Part shown: positions 21,208-31,116 of the stretch, in pieces
How the letters are laid out: each line of letters starts with the position of its first letter
Position numbering within the stretch: the first letter of the stretch is position 1
Assembly: GCA_045531485.1 (NCBI GenBank)
Contig: JAZSEC010000010.1
Coordinates: forward strand, 1-62,162
Source: Eubacteriales bacterium
GTDB taxonomy: Bacteria > Bacillota > Clostridia > Oscillospirales > CAG-272
DNA length: 62,162 bases
Direction of reading: 5' to 3'
The notes under the pieces: model-generated
What the model was told of the DNA's origin: nothing
Database searches by the model: none
Seen by the model: only the letters and a program-made list of their open reading frames with translations
Made by a program: the position numbers and the translations under genes

Positions 21208-22218
21208 CTAGTTAAATCTTACTACGTGGTTTGCAAGCCAGTTGATAAAGGAGCAGAAATGCTGACCAAATTTACCGGGTATGCAGATAAAGGTAAGAGG
21301 CGTCCGGTAGCGGAAATGCTTGCCCCACCTTTCATCATGCTCAAAGCACTTTTTCCACATTTCACGAAGGTCGATATCAACCTGCTTCGTCTTGTTCATT
21401 CTGGTATAGAGAATAGCAATACCGAAGAGCATAAACATCTCGTGCTTTAAGTATTTCTTAAGCTTCTTATGGCTCAGCTTATCAAAGTGACAGGCTGCAA
21501 AGCACCTCTCAACCACGAGAAGATGATGGGTATAACGCTTCATCATAGTCTTGGCCTGCACGGACTGATCGGGACGGCCTATCCAATAGCGATAAAGGTC
21601 GACATCCATATAATAAAGCCTTTCTACGTGAGGGAGGGTTCTGAATACCATCAGATTATCCTCATAGAACACGTGCTTTGGCAGGGGCTCGGCTGCACGT
21701 CTCATAAGCTCGGTGCGGAAGGTACAGGAGTGAATGGTAAGAAGCTGATGCATTCTGAATGCCTTCGTTTCACCCCAGCCAATGATACGTCCTGCAGGCA
21801 GAGCGTTTCTGTAGCTGATGGATCTGTCGCCCACACCGTCGGTATGAACGTAGTAATAGTTGGTTACCGCAAGATCGGTACCACCGTTTCTTTCGCACTC
21901 CTCAAGTCTGTCGAGAAATGCCGGGAAATCCTCGCTCATCACGTCGTCCGAGTCAACGACCTTAAAGTATATGCCACCGGCGTGGGCAAGGCCCTGGTTA
22001 ATGCCCTCACCGTGACCGCCGTTTTCCTGATGGATAACACGGACAATGGATGGGTGTGCCGCCGCATAACGGTCAGCAATCTCGCCGGTAGAATCCTTGG
22101 AGCCATCATCAATAATAATGATCTCCACACGCTCGCCGCCAACCAGAAGGCTATCTATACATTTTTCCATGTACTCTGCCGAATTATAGCAGGGTACGGT
22201 TACCGTTAACAGTTTCAT
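21208..22218 (-). CDS. family 2 glycosyltransferase
   Basis: VPCYN, IIDDGSKD, NGGHG and VVDSDD motifs; ATG at 22218 immediately after the glf stop. Confidence 0.93.
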   Translation of the reverse strand: MKLLTVTVPCYNSAEYMEKCIDSLLVGGERVEIIIIDDGSKDSTGEIADRYAAAHPSIVRVIHQENGGHGEGINQGLAHAGGIYFKVVDSDDVMSEDFPAFLDRLEECERNGGTDLAVTNYYYVHTDGVGDRSISYRNALPAGRIIGWGETKAFRMHQLLTIHSCTFRTELMRRAAEPLPKHVFYEDNLMVFRTLPHVERLYYMDVDLYRYWIGRPDQSVQAKTMMKRYTHHLLVVERCFAACHFDKLSHKKLKKYLKHEMFMLFGIAILYTRMNKTKQVDIDLREMWKKCFEHDERWGKHFRYRTPLTFICIPGKFGQHFCSFINWLANHVVRFN

Positions 22219-22219
22219 C

Positions 22220-23332
22220 TTATTTAATCTCTCCTTCTGCCACGTCAAGTGCGGAAGCGATTACCGCATCCATATCAAAATAACGGTACTGTGCAAGTCT
22301 GCCGCCGAATACCGTTTTTTCTTCTCTGTCGGCAAGCTCCTTGTATTTTAAGTAAAGTGCACCGTTCTCATCATCATTTATGGGATAATAGGGCTCGATT
22401 CCCGGCTGCCACTCCTGACTGTATTCCTTAGAAATAACGGTTTTCGGCTGAGAGCCAAACTCAAAGTGCTTATGCTCAATAATGCGGGTGTAAGGGGTCT
22501 CTCTGTCGGTGTAATTTATCACGGCGTTGCCCTGATAATTGTCGATATCAAGAAGCTCTGTTTCAAACCTTACGCTGCGATATCCGAGATATCCATAGCA
22601 ATAGTTAAAGTAGCTGTCGATAGGACCGGTGTATACCACCCTATCGGCAAGTGCATCAAGCTCTGCCCTGTTCTCAAGATAATCAATACCGAGTCTTACC
22701 TCAGCACCCTCAAGCATTCTCTCCACCATAGCAGTATATCCGCCGATGGGAATACCCTGATAAAGAGCATTGAAATAGTTATTATCAAAGGTGAAGCGAA
22801 CGGGAAGGCGGCGAATGATAAAGGAAGGAAGAGCACTACAGGGTCTGCCCCACTGCTTCTCCGTATATCCCTTAACAAGTCGCTCGTAGATATCTGTACC
22901 TACGAGAGAGATCGCCTGCTCCTCCAGATTCTTAGGCTCGGTAATGCCTGCGGCAGCACGCTGCTCCTCAATTTTCGCCCTCGCCTCGTCGGGAGTGATA
23001 ACACCCCACATACGGTTGAAGGTATACATATTAAAGGGCAAGGAGTACAGCTCGCCATGATAGTTTGCCACGGGAGAGTTGGTATAGCGATTGAACTCAG
23101 CAAAGCGAGTTATATAATCCCACACACGCTTATCATTAGTATGGAAGATATGAGCACCGTATTTATGTACGTTAATGCCCTCAACCTGCTCTGTATAGAT
23201 ATTGCCACCGACGTGGTCACGCTTGTCAATTACCAGCACGGATTTGCCCGCTGCCATCGCCCTCTCGGCAAAGACCGCACCGAACAGACCCGCACCAACT
23301 ATAAGAAAGTCATATTTCATATTATTTTTCAT
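22220..23332 (-). CDS. glf: UDP-galactopyranose mutase
   Basis: VGAGLFG, HKYGAHIFHT, GYTEKQWG, YTRIIEHKHF, EPYYP, GRLAQYRYFDMD. Confidence 0.97.
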   Translation of the reverse strand: MKNNMKYDFLIVGAGLFGAVFAERAMAAGKSVLVIDKRDHVGGNIYTEQVEGINVHKYGAHIFHTNDKRVWDYITRFAEFNRYTNSPVANYHGELYSLPFNMYTFNRMWGVITPDEARAKIEEQRAAAGITEPKNLEEQAISLVGTDIYERLVKGYTEKQWGRPCSALPSFIIRRLPVRFTFDNNYFNALYQGIPIGGYTAMVERMLEGAEVRLGIDYLENRAELDALADRVVYTGPIDSYFNYCYGYLGYRSVRFETELLDIDNYQGNAVINYTDRETPYTRIIEHKHFEFGSQPKTVISKEYSQEWQPGIEPYYPINDDENGALYLKYKELADREEKTVFGGRLAQYRYFDMDAVIASALDVAEGEIK

Positions 23333-23392
23333 TTTTTTGCTAAGTTAACGTTGGCAAAATGCCAATAAAAGATATTCAAATAATGTATCAAT

Positions 23393-24940
23393 TTAAACCT
23401 TTTCGGTTATAACGGTATCGTCGTTGATGGTTGCCATAGCATCCTCCATTGACATACCGTTTGCAACAGCCTCCTTACGAGCTGCGTTAACTGCCTGAAT
23501 AACCTTAACCCTCTTGCCGTCGAGAGAATAGCCCTTCATGGCTATGAGAGTAAGTGCCCACGCAATCATAGGAATGACGCAGAACAGGACAATTACCACC
23601 CAGTTCATACCATCAGCATAGGGAGTTTCCTTGGTAGGAAGATCCTTGATGCCGATAAAGAGGAGTGCGATGGAAACTACCGCAGATGCAAGAGAGGAAA
23701 CGAGCTTATCAACCAGGCTGAAGAGAGTACCCATAATACCGGGGATAAACTTACCCGAGCGGTAGGTCTCATAGTCAGCACAGTCAGCAACCATGGGAAT
23801 AGGCATATCAGCGGTAGAATAGTACGCACCGTAGCCCACACCGAAGAAGAGAATGAAGACAATGGTGTAAAGGTTGATGGTAATGCCGCTCTCATCCACA
23901 AGGCTGAGATTGAAGGCGGGATTGCCGGGCTGCCACATTGCAAGAAGAGCGAATACTCCGATATAGCAGATAAGAGCAACCGCAACGTACTTCATAAGCG
24001 ATGCCTTCTGTCCGTGCTTCTGAGAGGTTCTTACAGTAAGGAGGAAGAAGGGTGCGGAGAATACGTAGCCAAGAGCCATAAATACCATGTTAAAGGTATC
24101 GTAGTTGCCCATCATACATCCGTAAAGCATAATAAGAACGGTGATGTTCTGTGCAATAGCAAGAGCGAGCTTACATCCGCCACCAGCTACCATAAGACGC
24201 TGCAAAGGCTTGTTTGCCTTGATTATCTTAACGTACTCAGAAATCTTAACAGCCTCCTGATGACCGCCGATACCGAAGTACTTCTCATTATCCTTCTCCG
24301 CTATACCGATAACGGCAAGCACGGTAAGAATAGCAGAAATCGCGATACCGATAAAGGTCATAATGGTGTACCACTTATAGTTATAGTCACCGGCGAAGGA
24401 ATCCCACGCCATAACCATACCTACAACCTGCATAATACCCATACCTGCAAGCGAGCCAATGGTATTGAATACAGTGAAGAGAGGACGCTGCTTAGGATCG
24501 TTGGTAAGAACAGGCTGAGCAGATCTGGTAACAGAGGTCTGGAAGGTGTAGCCGATAACCCATACTGCATAGAGAAGAATGAAGAGGGTGTATCTGAGCC
24601 ACATCATAGTATCGGGAACAAGGGGAGTTACAACGTACAGAAGAAGCACGCTGATCGCCATAATGGCATTACCAAGCACCATAAAGGGACGGAACTTACC
24701 GAACTTGGTGTTGGTCTTATCCATCAAAGCACCGATAATAGGGTCGGTGATCGCGTCGAATACACGCATACCTGTAACCATAAAGGATGCAAAGAGCATC
24801 GCAAGGCCGAGCACGGCGTTACCGAACTGAGCTATGTAAGAAAGAATAAGTACGAAGTAAACGTTTGTCGCACCGTTGTTCATAGGGAACAGAGCGAGCT
24901 GATAAAACTTGGCACGGTTAAGACCGTTGTTTTCGTTCAT
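23393..24940 (-). CDS. MFS transporter, glycoside-pentoside-hexuronide (GPH) family
   Basis: RVFDAITDPIIGALMDKTNTKFGKFRPF and MVADCADYE motifs; ~12 hydrophobic segments. Confidence 0.92.
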   Translation of the reverse strand: MNENNGLNRAKFYQLALFPMNNGATNVYFVLILSYIAQFGNAVLGLAMLFASFMVTGMRVFDAITDPIIGALMDKTNTKFGKFRPFMVLGNAIMAISVLLLYVVTPLVPDTMMWLRYTLFILLYAVWVIGYTFQTSVTRSAQPVLTNDPKQRPLFTVFNTIGSLAGMGIMQVVGMVMAWDSFAGDYNYKWYTIMTFIGIAISAILTVLAVIGIAEKDNEKYFGIGGHQEAVKISEYVKIIKANKPLQRLMVAGGGCKLALAIAQNITVLIMLYGCMMGNYDTFNMVFMALGYVFSAPFFLLTVRTSQKHGQKASLMKYVAVALICYIGVFALLAMWQPGNPAFNLSLVDESGITINLYTIVFILFFGVGYGAYYSTADMPIPMVADCADYETYRSGKFIPGIMGTLFSLVDKLVSSLASAVVSIALLFIGIKDLPTKETPYADGMNWVVIVLFCVIPMIAWALTLIAMKGYSLDGKRVKVIQAVNAARKEAVANGMSMEDAMATINDDTVITEKV

Positions 24941-25026
24941 TTTGCAGAACTCCTTTCAATCTACGGCATTTTAAAGGTAATGCCGAAACCTTAAAATTAC
25001 ATCAAAAATAAACAAAGGTTGATAAT

Positions 25027-25268
25027 GGATGTTTTTTCAAAAGCACGAAGCTGTAGTTACCTACTGCGAACGAGAGCGGTAGGAAAAATGTCCACTTTCA
25101 AATAAATTGAGATAGTTTTCGTGTTTGGAACCCGAAGCTGTAGTTACCTACTGCGAGTGGGAGCAGTCGGGAAAATGTCCACTTTCAAATAAACTGAGAT
25201 AGTTTTCATGTTTGGAACCCGAAGCTGTAGAATCCTACTGCGAGCGGTGACAAACGCGAAAAATATCC
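25027..25268. repeat. 87-bp-period palindromic tandem repeat (~3 copies), REP/BIME-like
   Basis: CGAAGCTGTAG-N4-CTACTGCGA core at 25046, 25133 and 25220. Confidence 0.9.
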
Positions 25269-25271
25269 AAT

Positions 25272-27191
25272 TTATGTCCAGTTACCGCCGTTGGCAAGCT
25301 TCTTGCTAAGCTTATACAACGCGTTGGGCTTTTCAACGTAACGGATGTTAATCTCATCTCGATGCTTACCGCTTACGGCTACAAGCTTTACTTTACCCTT
25401 AAGGGGGATGCGGAAGGTGAAGATCTTATCACCCTGCTGAGTAGCTACCTTCTCGCCGTTAGCGTAAAGGGTTACCTCGGGACAGTTAGAATATATCTTT
25501 ACGGTAGTTCTCTTCTCTGCACGGTCTACGTAACGTCTGCCGCAGATGTGAACGAAGGGATCCTTCGACCACCATGCTTTATAGAGGAAGAAGCTGTCCT
25601 TCTTAGTCTGTCTGTCAAAGGTAACGAGGCCCTTATGGTTCATGCCGGGCTCGCCACCCTGGTTTCTGGCATCGGCGGCAAAGTCAAACATATTCCACAG
25701 ATGAGTCGCCCACATAAAGGGACGCTTATCAAAGAACTTAAGCATATACTCGTTATACTTACACTGGTATTCCTCGGTCTGATCACCACGTCTGGGATGA
25801 GAAGAATGGAGATTAGGCATACACTCACAGCCGTACTCCGAATATCCAAGACAACGGTTGGGATAACGGTGGTGGAAGTAATCAACCCAAATGTTGTTAA
25901 GCCACATAAAAGGTGTGTACCAGCCAAGATAAAGGTTCCAGCTTACTACATCGGAGAGATGGCCTACTCGATCGAAGGGTGCACACATAGCGTAGCATGC
26001 AAGGGTGGTAGGACGGCTGGGATCCATCTCATGAATAAGGTCATTTAATACCTTATGGTTATCCATCATATCGGCACGCTTGGTGGTGGAGATGGTGATC
26101 TCATTGGAGATGCCCCATACGCAGATAGAAGGATGGTTATAGCACTGAACCAGCAGCTCCTTCATCTGACTTATGGTATTCTCTCTACCGTTTGGCATAT
26201 GCTCGGAGATGTAGGGTATCTCTGCCCACACTATCATACCGTACTTATCGCAAAGATCGTAGAAATACTGATCGTGCTGATAGTGAGCAAGACGAATGGT
26301 ATTGGCACCGATCTCACGGATCATCGCCATATCTGTATCGTGATGCTCCTTGGTAATAGCGTTACCAATTCCCTTCCAGTCCTGGTGACGACAAACGCCG
26401 CGAAGAGGATAGGACTTGCCGTTCAGGAAGAAGCCCGCCTGGGAATCGATACGGAAGGAGCGACAGCCGAAGCTGGTGGAAACTCTGTCCACCGGAAGAC
26501 CGTCAACGTAAAGAGTCGCCTCACAGGTATAGAGATAGGGATCCTCGATTCCGTGCCAGAGGTGAACCTTCTTGATAACTATGGTTTCGTCATCATCATC
26601 TCCGCTGCCGACTATTTTGCCCTCGGCGTCACGAAGGATGATTTTAACCTCACCGTCCTTTACGTTGTGCCAGGTTCTTACCCAGATGGCAGCATCCTCG
26701 CCTGCAACCTCAGGACGAACGGCAAGGCCCTTGCCTCCGAAATGATCAAGGTCGAAGTGATGCTTATTTACCACAAGAAGCTTTACGTCTCGGTAAATAC
26801 CGCCATAGAAGGTGAAATCCGCCTTCTGAGGATATACTCTGTCGTTAACCGAGTTATCTACCTCAACGATAAGATGATTGGTTCTTTTTATATGATCGGT
26901 GATATCCGCACGAAAGGTGGAGTAGCCACCGTCGTGGGACATGATCTGCTTGCCGTTAAGGACGACTCTTGCAGATGCGTTAACACCGTTAAATTCAAGA
27001 TAAAGTCGCTCCTGCTCTGTAATCTGAGGAGCAGTAAAGGTTTTTTCATAAACACAGGTGCCGCGATAATAGTCGTCGCCGCCATCCTGTCCGTCAAGAT
27101 TATTCCACGTATGAGGAATATTTACCTTGCTCTCCGTACCGTCGTGGTAGCGGAAAAGCCAGTCGTTATTAATAAGTTGCTCTTTTCTCAT
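25272..27191 (-). CDS. glycoside hydrolase family 2, probable beta-glucuronidase
   Basis: GH2 motifs FYGGIYRDV, RLAHYQH, WGISNE (acid/base), SEYG (nucleophile), plus WNMFDF...MNHKGLV (the N-x-K-G glucuronide-recognition motif). Confidence 0.85.
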   Translation of the reverse strand: MRKEQLINNDWLFRYHDGTESKVNIPHTWNNLDGQDGGDDYYRGTCVYEKTFTAPQITEQERLYLEFNGVNASARVVLNGKQIMSHDGGYSTFRADITDHIKRTNHLIVEVDNSVNDRVYPQKADFTFYGGIYRDVKLLVVNKHHFDLDHFGGKGLAVRPEVAGEDAAIWVRTWHNVKDGEVKIILRDAEGKIVGSGDDDDETIVIKKVHLWHGIEDPYLYTCEATLYVDGLPVDRVSTSFGCRSFRIDSQAGFFLNGKSYPLRGVCRHQDWKGIGNAITKEHHDTDMAMIREIGANTIRLAHYQHDQYFYDLCDKYGMIVWAEIPYISEHMPNGRENTISQMKELLVQCYNHPSICVWGISNEITISTTKRADMMDNHKVLNDLIHEMDPSRPTTLACYAMCAPFDRVGHLSDVVSWNLYLGWYTPFMWLNNIWVDYFHHRYPNRCLGYSEYGCECMPNLHSSHPRRGDQTEEYQCKYNEYMLKFFDKRPFMWATHLWNMFDFAADARNQGGEPGMNHKGLVTFDRQTKKDSFFLYKAWWSKDPFVHICGRRYVDRAEKRTTVKIYSNCPEVTLYANGEKVATQQGDKIFTFRIPLKGKVKLVAVSGKHRDEINIRYVEKPNALYKLSKKLANGGNWT

Positions 27192-27268
27192 AGCAATCTC
27201 CTATAAAAGGTTTTCTCATTCCCTGCCCGATTCAGGGCATTCCCTGAGAAGTGGTAAAATCATTGTTG

Positions 27269-27296
27269 GCCCTCCGGAGACAAGGCTCCGGAGGGC
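27269..27296. other. intergenic stem-loop between the GH3 and GH2 genes
   Basis: GCCCTCCGGAG-ACAAGG-CTCCGGAGGGC; no clear U tract on the - strand. Confidence 0.6.
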
Positions 27297-27325
27297 ATTT
27301 GGTTAATGCTTAAGCAGCATAAATA

Positions 27326-30271
27326 TTAGTGTCTTTTGCGGAAGATGATGCAACCGAATACACCGATAACGCCAAGAACGATGGTGAGCTTGGTAACGAG
27401 ATCGATAATACCGGGAGTTACTGCAACAACAACGGTGTCGGGACCAACGCCATTCATAGCTGCAGAGTTGATGATGGTGTAAAGGTTATGGTGCATAGCC
27501 TCTACCATTGCGTTGATAGCAACGGGATCCTTAGCGTCTACGCCTGCCTGAAGGGAGTTAACAGCGTAAGGAAGCATTGCGTCGAAGCAAGTAACGCCAC
27601 CTGCGATAACAGCGTCAACGCCGTCACAGTAGGAAACGAGAATGTTGTCGGTGATAAGCATGGACTTGTTGCCCCACTCGCCACGAAGGATGCCGGTCAT
27701 AAGACCCTGGTGCATACCGGACCAAGTGGTACCCCAACGGGTGTAAGCGGTCATGATACCGCCGCGACCGCCGTTCTCCTCAAGTGCCTTCTGGAATGCC
27801 TTAAGGTAGATCTCACGTGCAGCCTGCTCGGGAAGCCATGCAGCCTGACCAAGACGATCCTGCTCACAGTCGTTAAGAGCGAAGTGCTTCATAACAACGT
27901 CAACGCCCTTGGAAAGGATACCTGCAACCTCAACGCCACCCATCTCGCCAGCAAGGAAGCCGTCCTCGGAGTAGTACTCGAAGTTACGTCCGCCGTAAGG
28001 AGTACGGTGAGTGTTAGCACCGGGGCCGTAAAGACAGGATACACCTGCGTCAAGACAGTCGTTACCAATCATGGTACCAACTCTGTACATAAGCTCGGTG
28101 TTGAAGGTAGCAGCCATAACGTCCTCGGAGGTGAAGGCTGTAGCCTCTGCATTAAGGCCGGAGCCAAAGAGTGCAACGGTAAGGCCCTGAGGACCGTTCT
28201 CGTCACGGGAGCCGGGAGCGTTTACGGAAACGACGGGCATTCTCCAGTGGAAGGAGTCACCCATAGATACAAGCTCGTCATAGGTTACGTTCTTAAGAAG
28301 CTCATTCCATGCGGGGTCATCATAGTCGTGAGCAGCCTTTTCGCCATCCTCGTCATAGTCGAGGTTGAACATATCGTAAAGAGTAAGGCCGTTCTTAGCA
28401 TCGAGAATAGGAAGGTTGTGCCATTCCTCAGGAATCTCGAAGTAATCCTCGCCCATGGTGTTCCAACGACCCTCGGTAAGCTCGGTAACCATTCTCTCGA
28501 TAAGGTTAAGCTTAACGGGCTCATCAGGCCAAGTGCCCTCCCAGTCATTTCTGGAAAGGAAGGTAACGGTACCCTCGCCGAAGTAGAGGTTAGGATCTGC
28601 ATCGGAGAGCTGGTTCTCAATCTTAGTACCGTTAATGGAGGTGGAGAAGCTGGTGTAATCAAGTGTCTTCTCGGTCCACTTATAGGTAAGAGCTGCATTA
28701 CCGTCATAATCCATACCGTCAGCTACAGTGTAGCCCTTAGCAGCAAGGATGTTGTTAACAGCGTTATGAGAGTCGGTAGCAGCGGTGAAGTAGTAATCAC
28801 CTGCGTCGATAATGTAAGTGCCGTGGCCGTATGCATCGTAGGAAGCGATGTCACGCTTGTCAACGGTGATGGAGAGTACCTGAGACTCACCGGGTTCAAG
28901 AACCTTGGTCTTACCGAAGCCGCAAAGTGCAACGGAGGACTTCTCTATCTTGTTATCGATATCATACTGAGTGTAAGGAGACTGAACGTAGATCTGAACG
29001 GTTTCCTTACCTGCAACGCTACCGGTGTTACGAACGGTAACGCTGATCTTATATTCCTTATCAAGCACGTCGTAAACAACCGCCATACCCTCATACTCGA
29101 AGGTGGTGTAGGAGAGACCGTAGCCGAAGGGGAATGCAACGTCCTTACCGTAGTTGTAATCACCTGCGTTGCCCTTACCCATTACAGCGTCCTCGTAACG
29201 AGTCTCGTAGTACTTATAACCTACGTAGATACCCTCCTGGTATACCATATAGGTGCTTGCGTTCTCGGGAATGGTGGGGTTAGCCGCATCAAAGCCTACA
29301 TAGGTCTGAGCGATGAAGTTCTGCATTGCGGGGGAGGAGAAGTTGTCATAGCAGTAGGTATCTACAAGGCTACCCGAGGGGTTAACAGTACCTACGATGA
29401 TGTCAGCAACTGCCTCGGTACCGCTGATACCAAGACCACCAACCCAAAGGCATGCGTCTACGTCATATTCGTTAAGGAAGTCAACCTCAAGAGCGTTGGA
29501 GGTGTTGATAAGAACGATGATCTTCGCACCGTTCTGCTCCTTAATTTCTTCTGCGAAGGCAAGAACCTTCTTCTCGTTGTCGTTGAGCTCAAGATAGTTA
29601 ATAGCATTTGCCTGACCCTCATATCCGGGGAAGGAGCAATCGTAGCCCTCACCGCCTACACGGGAGAAGGTGACGATGATTGCAGAGGAGTCGGAAAGAG
29701 AAGCCTTAACGTCTGCGGGATAGTTAGCGGGGTCGATCTCTACGATGGGAGCCTGACCTGCGAGAACAGCACTCTCACCCTCGCCCTCACCGTTGGAAAC
29801 CTCAGCCTTAAGATCCTCAGCCTCAGGGCTAAGATACCAGTTCCAAAGAGTTTCGTTTACGGTAAGACCGGACTTCTCAAGGGACTGCTTAAGGTTAAGA
29901 GCCTTGGAAGCGTCAACGTTACCCGAGCCGGTACCGCCGTATGTAAGATCTACGGAGTTAACGGAAAGAGTACTTACCTTAGTGCCTTTTGCAAGAGGAA
30001 GTGCATTACCGTTATTGAGAAGGAGGGCCGCACCCTCGGACTCAACCTCATAGCAGAGAGCATTACCTGCCTCGAGTCTCTCCTGCTCGGATTTGAAATC
30101 ACCGCTGAAATAAACGGCGTTAGGATCTGCATTTTCAAGCTTCCAGAATGTATTGCCGGCAACAAGAAGCGAGAGTGTGTTGTCAAACATTCTAACAACA
30201 ACATTCACGGGAATCATGATGATGAACAATACCAGACAGATAACTGAAATTGCTTTACAGAATTTTCTCAT
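27326..30271 (-). CDS. membrane-anchored GH3 beta-glycosidase (C-domain / Fn3 / N-domain order)
   Basis: RVGGEG, YQEGIYVGYKYYE, PFGYGLSYTTF, GKETVQIY, GGRNFEYYSED, MKHFALND and LITD motifs; hydrophobic N- and C-termini. Confidence 0.93.
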   Translation of the reverse strand: MRKFCKAISVICLVLFIIMIPVNVVVRMFDNTLSLLVAGNTFWKLENADPNAVYFSGDFKSEQERLEAGNALCYEVESEGAALLLNNGNALPLAKGTKVSTLSVNSVDLTYGGTGSGNVDASKALNLKQSLEKSGLTVNETLWNWYLSPEAEDLKAEVSNGEGEGESAVLAGQAPIVEIDPANYPADVKASLSDSSAIIVTFSRVGGEGYDCSFPGYEGQANAINYLELNDNEKKVLAFAEEIKEQNGAKIIVLINTSNALEVDFLNEYDVDACLWVGGLGISGTEAVADIIVGTVNPSGSLVDTYCYDNFSSPAMQNFIAQTYVGFDAANPTIPENASTYMVYQEGIYVGYKYYETRYEDAVMGKGNAGDYNYGKDVAFPFGYGLSYTTFEYEGMAVVYDVLDKEYKISVTVRNTGSVAGKETVQIYVQSPYTQYDIDNKIEKSSVALCGFGKTKVLEPGESQVLSITVDKRDIASYDAYGHGTYIIDAGDYYFTAATDSHNAVNNILAAKGYTVADGMDYDGNAALTYKWTEKTLDYTSFSTSINGTKIENQLSDADPNLYFGEGTVTFLSRNDWEGTWPDEPVKLNLIERMVTELTEGRWNTMGEDYFEIPEEWHNLPILDAKNGLTLYDMFNLDYDEDGEKAAHDYDDPAWNELLKNVTYDELVSMGDSFHWRMPVVSVNAPGSRDENGPQGLTVALFGSGLNAEATAFTSEDVMAATFNTELMYRVGTMIGNDCLDAGVSCLYGPGANTHRTPYGGRNFEYYSEDGFLAGEMGGVEVAGILSKGVDVVMKHFALNDCEQDRLGQAAWLPEQAAREIYLKAFQKALEENGGRGGIMTAYTRWGTTWSGMHQGLMTGILRGEWGNKSMLITDNILVSYCDGVDAVIAGGVTCFDAMLPYAVNSLQAGVDAKDPVAINAMVEAMHHNLYTIINSAAMNGVGPDTVVVAVTPGIIDLVTKLTIVLGVIGVFGCIIFRKRH

Positions 30272-30359
30272 GTTTTTCTCCTTTTTTTATCAGGCAAAGC
30301 CTGTTATTAATGTAAATTTGACAGCGACGCATTATTAAGACACATCTCTGCCAATAAGA

Positions 30360-30388
30360 ATTATATCATATAAATATTTTATTGTCAA
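30360..30388 (-). promoter_or_regulatory. sigma-A promoter of the GH3-GH2-MFS-glf-GT2 cluster
   Basis: TTGACA-17 nt-TATAAT with an extended TG. Confidence 0.8.
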
Positions 30389-30679
30389 TAATATATCAAT
30401 TAATAAATCTTATCCAAAATATTTTTGTAACTAATGCACAAGTGAAAATATAAGTTTTTGTAAAACCAGTGTCACAAACACGCAAAAATGTGACACAAGC
30501 TTCTGTTGAATGAATGTAAAGTAATTATTTCATTGTTCATATTTTCGCAAAAAAACAAACGAATAAATGAGACGGAAAACAGCAAATTTGCTTAGTTTTG
30601 ACAACTATAATTGTCATTTGCGTGCTTTTATGATAAAAAATCAACATTATCGATCGACAAGCTGAACAAAAAATGTAAC

Positions 30680-30707
30680 AAAAACCCCGTTCTTTCGAAC
30701 GGGGTTT
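30680..30707 (-). terminator. terminator of the opp operon
   Basis: On the - strand, AAACCCCGTTC-GAAA-GAACGGGGTTTTT directly after the DUF3899 stop. Confidence 0.85.
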
Positions 30708-30710
30708 AGT

Positions 30711-31115
30711 TTATATACAGTAGTACAAAATATTAAAGACTATAGCAGGAATGAAATAAATTCCACCGCTGATGAAGAGGAAGGAATAGCCCTTAAGCCT
30801 CTTCTTGTCCTTACGGCTCTTATAGTCGTAGAAGGTCTCATCAGTCACCTGACGGGGAATGATAGAAGCAATTCCACGGCTAATACCGTAGTTGATCATA
30901 TCGAAGAATCCCTGAGTGGATATCCACACCAGAATGCCTACCATAACCATAATCACGGCAGGAATGGTAAAGGAGTCTGCCAGATTAAGATATCTGACGG
31001 ATGCCTCGTCAGCTGCCGAATAGCCGCGGATAGCTAAAATAATACCGGTAGAAACGCCGAGAATCACAAAGGACGTCAGGTATTTCTTAAGGTATGAAAG
31101 AAGCTTTTCGTTCAT
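30711..31115 (-). CDS. DUF3899-like membrane protein
   Basis: Three hydrophobic segments, QGFFDMINYG and FYDYK motifs; last gene of an opp operon. Confidence 0.75.
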   Translation of the reverse strand: MNEKLLSYLKKYLTSFVILGVSTGIILAIRGYSAADEASVRYLNLADSFTIPAVIMVMVGILVWISTQGFFDMINYGISRGIASIIPRQVTDETFYDYKSRKDKKRLKGYSFLFISGGIYFIPAIVFNILYYCI

Positions 31116-31116
31116 C

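Noticed and set aside
25027-25268. 87-bp repeats as a CRISPR array
   Set aside because: The would-be spacers are homologous to each other, and there are no cas genes in the window.
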